The notes under the pieces are model-generated. The model searched no databases. It was not told where the DNA came from and saw only the letters and a list, made by a program, of their open reading frames with translations. A stretch of 63,384 nucleotides of DNA, the filler included, from Craspedostauros australis (taxonomy: Eukaryota), in the NCBI GenBank assembly GCA_030167865.1. It is 17 parts of 17 records of this genome, joined end to end, with 100 filler letters (N's around TTAATTAATTAA, not from the genome) between each part and the next. Parts side by side here need not be neighbours in the genome. Positions count along the whole stretch, not along the records: positions 1 to 1,765 come from JALAGF010003358.1; positions 1,866 to 15,722 come from JALAGF010003359.1; 15 more parts are not named here. One strand, written 5' to 3'. Shown here piece by piece: positions 1 to 11,325 of the stretch. Position 1 is the stretch's first letter; each line of letters opens with the position of its first letter. Position numbers and translations under genes: made by a program.

Positions 1-543
1 GGTTCGGTGATTCGCATGTCGGTCCCGTCAACAGTGACAAGAGCTTTTGCATCGTGACTTGCGCCAACGAAACGACGGTTCCAGACAATCTGTCAATTGG
101 AGCGGTACCACGAGGAAGAAAAAATTAGAAGCTTGTGTGAGTGAATGGAGTGAAAATAATTTTGTGTCGCAGTTCGGTTTTGAGATTTATTTAGTACTTA
201 CGATTCGATCTTTAACGGTTTCAACGGCTGCCATCATAAGCCACATCCATTTGCGAAGTGTTTTTGCCGAACACTTGCACACAGCGGCTAACGCAGTCTC
301 AGACACGTACAGACGAAGAAACGCGCACGTCCAAAGGAGATGTTTTGGTTCGGCCGCGCGTGGCAGAGCTCGAGCGTCTGCGAGCTCGTTCCACAAGATG
401 TGCACGATGTCAGGATGCGTCCCAAACACAGACGCGAACTGTCGCAATGACTCCATGGAAAGATTGTTTGTAAGCATGCCTCTTGGGCGAGACCCAATCA
501 GCCCGAAACCAACAGTCGCGAACGTTCCATGAGGGAGTAACAT
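1..543 (-). mobile_element. PIF/Harbinger (ISL2EU-like, DDE_Tnp_4) transposase, 5' part; exons 543-202 and 89-1, intron 201-90; runs off the window
   Basis: Exon 1 has FxSxFG...PKHLLW..FLRLY.SE...KTLRKW. Splicing GTAAGT (201) to CAG (90) continues in frame as IVWNRRFVGASHDAKALVTVDGTDMRITEP, which contains the first catalytic Asp motif (VDGTD..I.EP). Confidence 0.8.
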
Positions 544-1248
544 GTTTGTATTGTTGCGAATTGTGAGCTCTTGCGCCTCCTTGAATTATCAAAATGAAGC
601 GAAAACCAACAATGTCAACGTTGTAACCGTTGAAATAGTAGACATAGTGCGCAAATAAACTGCAACTTGGTAAGGAGGAACCAGCGTTTCTCCGCGAACT
701 CTGCGTGTCTCCTGGTAGACCAGTTGTTGTCGCCCTGTCGCTGTTGGGGAGCTGATCACGCGCTGTGTTCACCAGGGCGTGCAAGTCGCAGAGAAGGCAA
801 GACAAGCGTTTCGTTGTCCCGCAACGTCACTGTCAATTGCGCTTCGTCGCGCCCAAGGGCACCAAACAAGCCACAACCCAACGGAAAGCAAGGACACATT
901 CTTGTATCCGTTGCCGAATAAAACATCATCATCTTGTGTGTATCCACGACTTCTTGGAGGAGGGCNCGTGCGCGGTTCTGTTCGTCCTCCACTGTAACCA
1001 AGGAGCACTAAGCGCAGAGACATGTTGTTTGAAGCGGTTGGTCATCCTGCGCGATGGCTCATCCCTGACTGCGCGGTGCTGTCCTCCTATTTACGGATCC
1101 CAGCAAACAGTTGTGCGCGGTATGATGAATGATTGACCTTCATTCATGAGTATACAATTATGGACAGCAGGCTTCACCTTGAGATCCAACACATGTCGTG
1201 TCTAGGTCTTGTGCAAGTCGCGCTCCCGTCGAGCTCGTGTCCATGTCG

Positions 1249-1396
1249 GTTGCTCGTCGACTCCCCTCGTTTGCTCGTCGACTCCCCTCGTTTGCTCGTC
1301 GGACGCGCCTCGTTTGCTCGTCGACTCCCCCTCGTTTGCTCGTCGATTCCCCAAGTTTGCTCGTCGATTCCCCAAGTTTGCTCGTCGATTCCCCTC
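1249..1396. repeat. ~21-bp tandem array (GTTTGCTCGTCGA[C/T]TCCCC[TC/AA]), about 7 copies; second block at 1713-1765
   Basis: Units visible directly; possibly subterminal repeats of the adjacent transposon. Confidence 0.85.
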
Positions 1397-1765
1397 AAGT
1401 GTGGACTATTTCTGTACTTTCGACACGTCCCATACGACAAAATCATTTACAGCAACATGTCGCAGTATCGTAGATGACAAGGTTGCGATGCAAAACTCTC
1501 ATGTCAATTGTGTTTCCGAACGCAGCTTTCAATCAACATCAACCACTTAAGCTGAACAACACAAGCTGCATGTCTCATCTGTCTTATCAATTTTTCATTT
1601 CTGCATCATACTGCAGGTAAAAAGACAACTATACCCGATGCATTAGCTTGATCAACTATCACCCCCATGTCGCAGTGCCAAATCCGCGGTATTTTGGGCT
1701 GATTTAGTGTCCTTTGCTCGTCGATTCCCCAAGTTTGCTCGTCGATTCCCCTCGTTTGCTCGTCG

Positions 1766-1865
1766 NNNNNNNNNNNNNNNNNNNNNNNNNNNNNNNNNNN
1801 NNNNNNNNNTTAATTAATTAANNNNNNNNNNNNNNNNNNNNNNNNNNNNNNNNNNNNNNNNNNNN
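1766..1865. other. Artificial contig spacer N44-TTAATTAATTAA-N44; 15 more start at 15723, 19727, 26195, 27824, 32568, 37943, 43583, 46112, 47774, 50316, 52628, 54946, 57122, 59833, 61565
   Basis: Identical 100-nt blocks whose core puts stop codons in all six frames. Plain N gaps at 36876-37118 and 45203-45521 lack the core. Confidence 0.97.
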
Positions 1866-2154
1866 TGGCACCAGGGAGAGGACAACAGACCTGCGGGAGG
1901 ACCCACAACCACACCAGTCGGCAACTGCTCCTGTCTGGAAGAGGCAGCGCGGAGGGAAAGAGACAGTGTCGCCATCATCTCACCATCCCGCCGATTACCA
2001 ACGATTGGTTCAGATACACCAACATCAACAACTCTGCCGCCAGCAGATATTTGCTGTTGCATTTTATTATCCTATTCTATGCAAACCGAATTGGGTGTGT
2101 AGTTCCATACGCTGAACAGCGTTCATCTTTGCCATCACTGATTCAAACATCACG

Positions 2155-4909
2155 ATGACGCGATCCGTCTCGTCACCGCCGTCTCTATCATCATCCGAAA
2201 AAAGCGCAACCGCGTGTCCACCATGCCGCTCCGCACAGAGGCTCCGTCTCTCAATAGCCTTCGCTGCGATTATCTTGGCATCATCAAGCATCGCACCGGC
2301 CAACGCAGGCTGCACCATCTGCCCAAACCCTGACGATGCCATCACGAAACCAGATTTCCCAATCGACCTGAAGACGCCATTCTCTCTCGCAACATGCGGC
2401 GACCTGCAGGCCGTGGTCGGCTACATTGACGAAAGCACTGACGATTGCCGTGGCGTCCGCACGCTGGGTGGACTCTGCGGCTGTCCCAAGATCCAAGGTG
2501 CCTGCTCTCTGTGTCCGTCGCCATCATCATTGGTGAATGCCGATCATGTGTTACAGACGATCCCCAGCTTCCTGCAAGATGCACCCAGCGAACTGAAGCG
2601 AACGTGTGGATTGGTGGACTCGTCGCTGCAGCAATTCGAACAAACTTCTGACGAGTGCAAGTCAATCGCCCAGAGTGTTCCAGACTGTGCATGCAGCGGC
2701 GGTGGCGGCGGCGGTGGAATCGATCCGGGCGCCACGGCCGCACCAACACCGACCGCCATGCCAACGGGCGGCGGCAACAACACCGTCGTCGATGGTGATG
2801 ATAGCGCTGACACGGACACAAGCAGTGATACGATCAGCACCGAGAAGTGCTTGCTGTGCTCTGGCATCGGCAAGGTGAGATTCCCGGACAAGGTCATTGA
2901 ATTGGAAGGCATCGAAATACCAGCAGAGACTTGTGGCGAGCTGGAGACGTTGACCGCACTCTTGGACGTCGAAGCTGAGGAATGTGGGCTCAGCCAGCTG
3001 CTATCCGGTTACTGCGGGTGTCCCATGAGACAAAACTCGTGCTCGTTGTGCCCAGGTGGGCAGAGCGTGCCATATCCAGACAAGATCCTGGAATGGATCA
3101 CAAATGACGTCGTTGAAGCTTACAGCAGCGCGGGTTCGAGACAAGACTCATCCTTGGCCTACTCCAATGAACAAGTATCCTGTGCGCTGTTTGACTCATT
3201 CTTGCAGTTCGGAGTTGACCAGGATTCCACCGTCTGCTTCGCCAATCAGCTGCGTCGGGATGCATGCGGATGCGAGCCCAACCCAAGACTGACGGCATTA
3301 GCCGCATCTCAAATCTTCTCTGGGGTGCTATCATTCTTTGTAAGTATCGCCCTCGCGCAGTCGCATTGTTTGAACCGAGAGACAGGGAGAGTCTCACTCG
3401 CGTGCTAACAAATGCGCAGTTGTTGCTGTGGTAGAAGGAGTGTGTATTTGTAGCGCTCATCAGTTCGTGCTGACATCGGCTCTGTCATAATTCACCCTAT
3501 CAATACTCTCACGATATCTCTACTTCTATCGTCTCAATATGCAACTGCGATGTTCACACGGGACCGTGACCATGACCGCGACCGCCATCACACTTTTCAC
3601 CATCAACTCCAAACAGGGATCGTCGTTTATCATCTTCGACATTCTGCGGGATCCCAAGAAGAGAGTGAAGACTTATGGCCAGCTCATGCTTGGCATCAGT
3701 ATCTTTGATTGGATCGGTTCCATCAATTACATATTCAGCAACTTCTTCATGCCGGAAGAACAAGATCTCTTCAATTCCAGTGGCACGGAGGCGACCTGCA
3801 AAGTGAATGGCGCAATGCTGCAGTTATCATTCGCATCGCTTTGGTACAATTTCGCGTTGGCTGTCCACTTTTGGCTCATCGTCACGAAATCATGGAGCGA
3901 GGATCAGCTTCGATTGTACCGAAGATGCTGCCATGCTGTCATTATACCTTTGGGCTTGGGGCTGGCACTTGCTGGCATCCCGTTCTACCAACCCTTACTG
4001 AATCTCTGCTACACGGTCGGTCCGCCGCAAGAAAAGACCTGGTTGCCGGCCACGTTCTTGTACTTCGTGCCATCCACTATTTGCATCCTCGGTGCGACTG
4101 TGGCCACCTCAGCCACGTTTCTGTCGGTGTACAAACTCGACAGGGCTTCGCAGCGATGGAGGCTCCAAAGCCAATCCAACTCGATGACGAATCAGGTGTT
4201 CTGGCAATCCCTTTGGTACCTGATGGCATTTTATGTCCCCTTCCCGCTTCTGTTCAGCTCCTTCTTCGTGGACATGACAGAAGCAACCTACCCACTGTTT
4301 GTCATCGTCACTCTATGCTCGCCGCTGCAAGGATTCCTCAACTTCCTCATCCATTTCCGACGATCGTTGTCATCGGGCCAATGCTTCACTTGCTCATGGT
4401 GCCAGTCAAGAGTGCAGCAGATCGTATCCCAGACATCCTCAAATCAGACGAAGCAGCAATTGGGCTCAACGTGCAACGCTATTGATGGCGTGCCCAACGC
4501 ATCTCTCAGATACGGAAGTCATGGCACAGCCCAAACATCAAAAATGGGCGACTCTTGCTACCAACGTAGCTTCGATCTGCAATGCAGTGATATCTCATCA
4601 TCAGCGGTTCCATCTTCGCAAGCAGAAACACAAGAGGCATGTATTCCTCCTGCTGTTGCCTCGGTTACTGCTGCTCCGGCTGCAACAGGCACCAGACTTG
4701 CGCACTGTAACTTCGCTGGGCGGGTTTTCGAATCCTACGCATCGTCGGTGTCCAGCACAGCCCAAATAGAAGATCCAGAAGCCGCAGCAACAATCGCGCA
4801 AGCGACACCGGTGGAAACATTGCAAGAGCATTCACCCACCGTTGTTTCGCAAGCAGAACAAATGCCGAGCACATCAGCGCCAGGGCACGATGTGTTTGCA
4901 GACTCGTAG
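2155..4909 (+). CDS. 7TM G protein-coupled receptor (cAMP-receptor/Git3-like TM region) with a large Cys-rich ectodomain; exons 2155-3339 and 3617-4909, ~825 aa
   Basis: Intron GTAAGT (3340) to CAG (3616) joins SGVLSFF|GSSFIIFDIL into TM1. Motifs GISIFD, TCKVNG..LQ, SLWYNFALA, VFWQSLWYLMAF and PLQGFLNFLIHFR; hydrophobic signal-like stretch near aa 29-51. Confidence 0.85.
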
Positions 4910-5492
4910 AGTCGTCGGAATTTCGAGAAGCAGAAGGGATGGCAAATGAACAAAACTTCGGTAAGATGAAAACCGAAAGCGGATTGGGGTACCTGGGGGT
5001 GGGGAATTCTGCTGATCGCAGGATTGGTGCAAAACAACGACTCACATTGTCATCATCTTGTGGCGATGGCTGATCACCGATCCATAGATCAACCAAACTC
5101 ATCAGATCAGAATAGAATATAACACCATACGGTCATCAGCCACTTTGGGGTCAGCTCCGATCATACAACGTGCTCCCGTTTGTGTCTTAATTGTAGAATA
5201 CAATGTATTCTAAAACATTATGAATGTCAAATGAACCACAAGCACAAGTGAGGGTGCAGAGCACCAATACTAGTACGGCAGAGTCGAATGTCTCCATTTC
5301 GCTCTTCTCGTGATCTGTTTCGGTAATGGACAGTGGAACGAAAAGATACCTTAGATCCTGAGTCGACTCTGTCCAACCGTTGTGAATGGGATTCTTGACC
5401 GTCTTGGCCTGTCATCCAACACTAATCAGCGTGTCTCTGTTCGCTCTCGTATCTCGTTTCTCCCGCAATGACACTCCATGCCCACACTCATG

Positions 5493-5572
5493 CCATACCA
5501 TACCATACCATACCATACCATACCATACCATACCATACCATACCATACCATACCATACCATACCATACCATA
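5493..5572. repeat. (CCATA)16 microsatellite
   Basis: Perfect pentamer run. Confidence 0.97.
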
Positions 5573-5800
5573 CGAAGACGAAGACGATCATTGTTGGATT
5601 GCAACAGAGCGACGAAGGAGTGCTGCCATCGTGGCGACCAGCAGTTATTGCGCTCTCCTCCTCGATGAGAACAGCCACATCTGCACATAACAAACAACTC
5701 GTCGCATCCATCCGCGCTCATCATTGCTTGACGTATCCAAATCCTGCCTTCCCGACATCGAACGCGGGCCTCCCATCATTCGTACATCATACGCAAAGAG

Positions 5801-8005
5801 ATGTCGATTCGCAAGCAAGCAGCGATCAGCAGCTGGATCAGCAAAGATGAACAGCGCAGCGTCGGACGAGGCTTGCGATTTTCATGTGCGCCACACAACA
5901 GCGACAGCAGGGATGACGATGACGGACAAGTAGTTCCAACGCCGGAGCAGGCACTTGAGATGGTGTCGGTCTGGAAGGTTCGGTCCAGTGGAGAACGGTT
6001 GCCGCATGCCATCGAGTCGACGGCGTCGCTGGCCCAGGTTCAGTATCGAGATTTCAATCACGGTGGAGGCGGCGTGATGAGCACCTCAACAGAACTGCGT
6101 CTGGCGTACAGCTCTGCCATCACGAGGTGCATCAACGGGTTCGCAGACGCCATGCAGCAGCAACGATCAACTGCGGCACCTGTGAGCGCGTTGTGTGGGC
6201 AAATTGGCATTCCAGTCTGGCTGGTGGATGTGCGACACGAGGCATCACACAATACGTTGCCGACTTTGCCTGTTCTGCGAATGGCGGCAACCACAATGCT
6301 AGAATTCCTGTACGATCAGTACTGGTTGCCCGCTTGCCTGGAGGCAGGGAAAAGTTGCAGCAACGGCGATTCGGCTGCAGTTGCCGTTGCTGCAAACGGC
6401 AATGCCAAGATTACGGCGAAAAATGCGCAACCATCACAATCAACTGGGACGGCATATCTGTTAAAGTACAAGGCGGCCATGACAGCTGGTAATGCAGAGA
6501 GGACTGTCAGCAGCGAAGGCACACACTCGAAGAAACGGCAACAGCAGCAACAACAGAATCGACCGACCAAGAATGGACCAAGCGGAAAAAGAAAAGGTCG
6601 GCCACAAGCGATGAATAGAGGCATATTCTCCACATCAGATGACGACGAAGATGCCAGCAACGAGAGTGACGGTTTCTCATCTTCAGCTGACGACGATTGG
6701 ACTGACCCCTTGTTCGGCACGCTGTGGGGGCACAACATAGGGACTGCATCGAATCGATTCTCCGCTCTCTCGGCAAACCCATCCAAGAAAAACAAGAAGA
6801 AAAGCAAAGCGGCCAAAAACAACAAACAACGCAAGAAGACAGAAGCCAACAGCAAGCGGCGAAAGCTCTCCGGGCCATCCCCGATGGACCACATTCGATC
6901 TTTCCTGCGTTCCACGCCGATGGACGAGGCATACGATAGCCTTTTGAAATTCCTGGTCTGGGGTGGTATCGGAAGCGGTGCCCCGATTGGCAGAGGCCAT
7001 CTGGTTCCTGGTTCTGTGACTGCGTTCCCAGCTTCAGAGGTCGGTATCGTGAAGGTGATTGAACGTTACAACCCGCTGATCGTCGTTGTCTGCCGACAAT
7101 GGCCGGGCTTTCTGCATGCCCTTCTCATCAATATCGTGGACTGTGTCATTGCCTTTGAACGTTCACCCTCATCATCAACGTCATCACCAATCGCATCATC
7201 TGTCGCCACCCCGGCTATAATTGATTTCAGAGAGGACCATATCGATCTGGGACGACAGCGCAAGCTGTACTTCTTGTTGGCATGGTTCCAGTATTTGATG
7301 TCACAGCGCTGCATCCAAAGCATTCGATCGTCAACGAAGCTGAAGTTTGCGACCGGCAAGAAATCCGACGATTCACGAAGTAACGGCAATGCCAGTACCA
7401 TCAGCACGGAGAGACTCAAGTCAGCATCGTGGGACGAGTTGCGACAGCTGCAAATTCCCCTGAACAGTCTGTGCGATATGCTGGTGGATCATGTGGAAAG
7501 AATCGAGCCGAAGAAAGACAGAAGAACGAGCAAGAAGATCCTTGCACTTGTAGGTGAGATTTTGGGTATCCATCGCATTCGGCACAATGGATTGCCGGGG
7601 TCTGGCGCGGATGGTGGTGTGGTGATGGATGTGGTGACGGGCACGCCGACAACGTCAAGCACGAGCAAAGGCGAACCAAGGACGCCGAAATCGCCGGCTT
7701 CAGATGACACTGCGATGTCGTTGGATGCGTTGGAAGCAATGCTGGCGAGGGGCAGCGATAATGGCAACGGTGATTCTGGCAATGATGATGCTGGCAACGA
7801 CGATGCTGGCAACGACGATGACCACTGTGATCACCAGGCATTGATGGAGACGAATGCGAAATACATGCACGATGCCAGCGAGCAGAGACAAACCAGCAGG
7901 ATGGAATCTATGAGTAGCATGGTAACGAACACGACAGATGCGTGGACGTTGTGCAGAGCTTGGGATCCTTGTGCCATCGGCACGATGCCTGGTCGTGCAA
8001 TCTAG
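5801..8005 (+). CDS. LAS1: Las1-family pre-rRNA processing endoribonuclease (HEPN), 734 aa
   Basis: WKVR...RLPHAIESTA, LRLAYSSAITRCING..D and IGIPVWLVDVRHEASHNTLP (R-x4-H HEPN motif); C-terminal W...WDPCAIG. Confidence 0.9.
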   Translation: MSIRKQAAISSWISKDEQRSVGRGLRFSCAPHNSDSRDDDDGQVVPTPEQALEMVSVWKVRSSGERLPHAIESTASLAQVQYRDFNHGGGGVMSTSTELRLAYSSAITRCINGFADAMQQQRSTAAPVSALCGQIGIPVWLVDVRHEASHNTLPTLPVLRMAATTMLEFLYDQYWLPACLEAGKSCSNGDSAAVAVAANGNAKITAKNAQPSQSTGTAYLLKYKAAMTAGNAERTVSSEGTHSKKRQQQQQQNRPTKNGPSGKRKGRPQAMNRGIFSTSDDDEDASNESDGFSSSADDDWTDPLFGTLWGHNIGTASNRFSALSANPSKKNKKKSKAAKNNKQRKKTEANSKRRKLSGPSPMDHIRSFLRSTPMDEAYDSLLKFLVWGGIGSGAPIGRGHLVPGSVTAFPASEVGIVKVIERYNPLIVVVCRQWPGFLHALLINIVDCVIAFERSPSSSTSSPIASSVATPAIIDFREDHIDLGRQRKLYFLLAWFQYLMSQRCIQSIRSSTKLKFATGKKSDDSRSNGNASTISTERLKSASWDELRQLQIPLNSLCDMLVDHVERIEPKKDRRTSKKILALVGEILGIHRIRHNGLPGSGADGGVVMDVVTGTPTTSSTSKGEPRTPKSPASDDTAMSLDALEAMLARGSDNGNGDSGNDDAGNDDAGNDDDHCDHQALMETNAKYMHDASEQRQTSRMESMSSMVTNTTDAWTLCRAWDPCAIGTMPGRAI

Positions 8006-8938
8006 GCATTGCGCGCAGGTCTGGCAACGCAATCACGTACGAACAGATGATGTCGCCATTTCAAGACAATATACCAGCAACGCAGTGCATACTGGTATGA
8101 ACATTGACACGCTGCCGGCTTTCTATTCGCTGGAATACTGTCATGCTACGAGTATAGATGCTCGTCGTGACAACCTGGGCAATCGTATGGTGTTTGCTAC
8201 TGTACACAAGTCCATGCCCATCTCGGGATCATCATATTCACGATCTGGACGACTCTACGGTTATTGACCGTTATCGCTCGTTCGTAAAACACGTACACAT
8301 AGTACTGGGTTTGAAAGATTCGATCGAACTCTGCGAACCAAACGTGGCCAATTCCAAGAATAAATCTGGATGGAAGAAGTACGACTGACAGACGGCTTCG
8401 TGGTGGCCAACACGACGACAGAACAAAGACGAAAACGATGGATGAATGGGTGGGGTTGTGCGGGTCGGCGAAGCACCAACACAACCAACAAACCAAACCA
8501 AACGAAGAAAGCAACGCTGCGAAGAGCCAGGACACAACGTCCGCCACAACACGTCCGACCGAACAAGAAGAGAGAGTGAGTGAGAGAGAGAGTGGAAAGA
8601 CCATCCAAAGACACACGATCACAAAATTGCCAACCACCAGCAAATCACAAGGAGCAACCACATACTCGTGCTTATCAGTATTATAGAATAATACACAGGA
8701 ACAAGCGCAGCGAAGTCGGAAATCAAGAGGACAATCTGCCCATTCCGTCATTGTTATTGATCACAAATCGACGAACCGAAGTAGCCACACATTCAAGTTC
8801 CTCACGCAAGACGACGACTCCAGACCAGCAAAAGCAAACGAAGACCAAACAAGAAGTTGGACAGAAGGAGAGATATCATTGAGTAGAACAACGACAGCAT
8901 CAGCAACATCAGTGGCAGCCACAAAGAACAGACACACA

Positions 8939-10209
8939 ATGGCTCCAAATTTGAATTCAGACGATTTCTATCAGGTTCTGGGCGTTCCAAGAAATGCAGA
9001 CGAAGCCGCGTTGAAGAGGGCCTATAAGAAGCTGGCTGTCAAGGTACGTCCTGCAGCATTGAAATGGATTTGTACTCGTAATCATTGGCCATCGCGAAAT
9101 TGACTTCGATCGACGGGTGCGCGACACAGCGGATAGAACTTCGCAACAAAGGGCGTCAAAATCCAGGGCACTCGTATTAGTACATGTCACCAATGCACTC
9201 ACTCACTTACCTGCTCGTCGATTTTGTCACTTCATCGGATCAATGATCCATCCATTTCATCACTTCATCACGTTGCATACTACGGCGACAGTGGCATCCT
9301 GACAAAAACCAAGGCAATGAGACAGCAACCAAGAATTTTCAAAAAGTGAGCGAAGCCTACGCGACGCTGTCGGACAGCAAAAAGAGACAGATATACGACC
9401 AGTACGGCAAGGATGCAGCGAACCAATCCGATCAAATGGGCGATCATGGAAACGGCCATGGACACGGCGGCTTTCATGGTGGCTTTCCCGGAGGTGGATT
9501 CGGTGGCGGTGGTCACAACATGAGCCAGGCTGACGCCGATCGCATCTTTTCGCACATATTTGGCGGTGGCGGCGATCCGTTCGGTGGTGGATTTGGTGGC
9601 AGGTCACGAATGAGCGGAGGAGATCCTATGGCATCGCTGTTCGGTGGCATGAGTGGTGGCGGCATGGGTGGTGGAATGCATCCGGGATATGCCAGATCGA
9701 GACCCCGCGTGAAGCGTTTTGATACCATCCCGCGCGGCACCATCGTGTCGTTGCGAGGGCTGATCAGCAAGCCAGAGCTCAACGGTGATCGTGGCGAGGT
9801 TGAGAGCTTCGACCCCAACAGCGGGCGATACGTCGTCGTATTGGAGGACACAAATGAGACGATGAAGGTGAAGCCGGCCAATTTGCTGCAGCACGTGCAC
9901 GTCAAGGTTTATGGAGTGGAAAGTCGCCCGGATTTGAATGGACTCCGGGCAACGGTGCTGGCGTATGACGAAGGCAAAGAACGGTTCAACGTGTTCATCA
10001 ACGACAAGGGCCTGGCTATCAGCCTGCGGCCTGCTAATGTGATTTTGGACAGAGGCACGGTGGGAATGATCATGGGCATCCAAGCGAAGCCAGAGCTGAA
10101 TGGAAAGTGGGGAACGATCAAGTCATGGAATACATCGACGCAACGATACGACGTGCAGCTCTCAGCGGACAAGATAATGCGTCTCAAAATGGACAACATC
10201 CGGCTGTAA
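8939..10209 (+). CDS. J-domain (DnaJ/Hsp40) protein with G/F-rich linker and three C-terminal ~50-aa repeats; exons 8939-9043 and 9292-10209, ~340 aa
   Basis: DFYQVLGV...[16 protein letters not shown]...[23 protein letters not shown] after removing a GTACGT...CAG intron (9044-9291). Confidence 0.9.
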
Positions 10210-10653
10210 GATTCACTGGTGGAATTTTCTACTCTACACGTCGGCACTAATGCAATTCGTACCACACAGATACCTCACCACAAAGCACGAGGAAGACTGC
10301 TATTTAGGACAACGTGAAAAAGTGCCATTATCTGACACTGCGGAACGATGATCTTGTTCCAATCGCAGCAAGGAGAGTGGGAGAAGACTTGCAAAATCTC
10401 TCCTCGTACTCGTGTGGTACGTGTACGGACAAGGAGGCAGGACAAGAAATCATATTTTCGTAGCTATTGCTAATATAGTTGTTCGCGTCCACAGGACGGT
10501 AAAGTACCTGCAGCTATGCTCTACTCGCACTTGGGGGCGATACAAATTCAATGCTGGCTCGTACGTATGCTTGGATTGTCATGAAGCTGCTGCATTGAAC
10601 TGAACCAAAAGCTTCATCCATCATCTCTGCGCTTCGCGCAAGGTCATTGATAT

Positions 10654-11325
10654 TTAACCCAGGTTTTTGAGATAGTCCCAGGAGGGACGATTTCCGTAGG
10701 ATCCTGAACGCATACGATCCTTCTGACGATTACTGATGGACTCCTGCAGTGCCTTTTGATATTCCTCTGGCGACATTTCATCCATACCCGGGATGACGTA
10801 GGTATTCACTGTGCCCTTGGCCAAGCCCATTCCGCCTGTGCCATCGTAGGCAGGACCTTCATCGTTGGAGGTATCGACGATGCTCGATTCCGATGTCTCG
10901 GACGGCGCCTCGATCACGACGTCGCTGGGTGTGACGTACGCCTTGGGCGATTCGACCTCGCCGTTGACGCGCCTGGCCTCGAATTGCTTCATTTCTTGCA
11001 GCACGCGCTGTCCTCGTGCGGCGACATCCTCTGCGTCTGCCATCGACAGCGGGCCGTCCTTGACGCGACGTTCCAAGGTCAGGAGGAGCTCCAGCATGTC
11101 CTCGTACAGGGAATCGTCGAAGATCTTGATGGTCTCCTGAGGTTCCTCCGCGTTGGCCTGTTTTAAAATGTCCTCCTTGGAAGTGGGACGTCGGCGCACG
11201 GCTGGTGTCTGCGTTTCCGAGAACAACTGTGTGGGAATGCGACGCGCAGTTGGCACCGTGCTGAACGCAGATGTGGACGGGAGACCCGAAGTCACTGCGA
11301 TGGCGAGGCAAAGGAGGCGTGTCAT
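10654..11325 (-). CDS. Predicted plastid-targeted protein of unknown function, 223 aa
   Basis: Signal peptide ending TSA|FST (ASAFAP-like) followed by an R/T-rich transit peptide ending TQLFS; coding-like codon usage. Confidence 0.8.
   Translation of the reverse strand: MTRLLCLAIAVTSGLPSTSAFSTVPTARRIPTQLFSETQTPAVRRRPTSKEDILKQANAEEPQETIKIFDDSLYEDMLELLLTLERRVKDGPLSMADAEDVAARGQRVLQEMKQFEARRVNGEVESPKAYVTPSDVVIEAPSETSESSIVDTSNDEGPAYDGTGGMGLAKGTVNTYVIPGMDEMSPEEYQKALQESISNRQKDRMRSGSYGNRPSWDYLKNLG

Noticed and set aside
1249..1765. 21-bp repeats as a CRISPR array
   Set aside because: Head-to-tail units with no unique spacers, no cas genes and a eukaryotic context.
1810..1821. Recurrent TTAATTAATTAA as a biological motif
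   Set aside because: Always centred in 100-nt N blocks; it is an assembly linker.
5386..5850. YHTIP- and MVWYG-repeat ORFs (also 38149-38442)
   Set aside because: Translations of (CCATA)n microsatellites.
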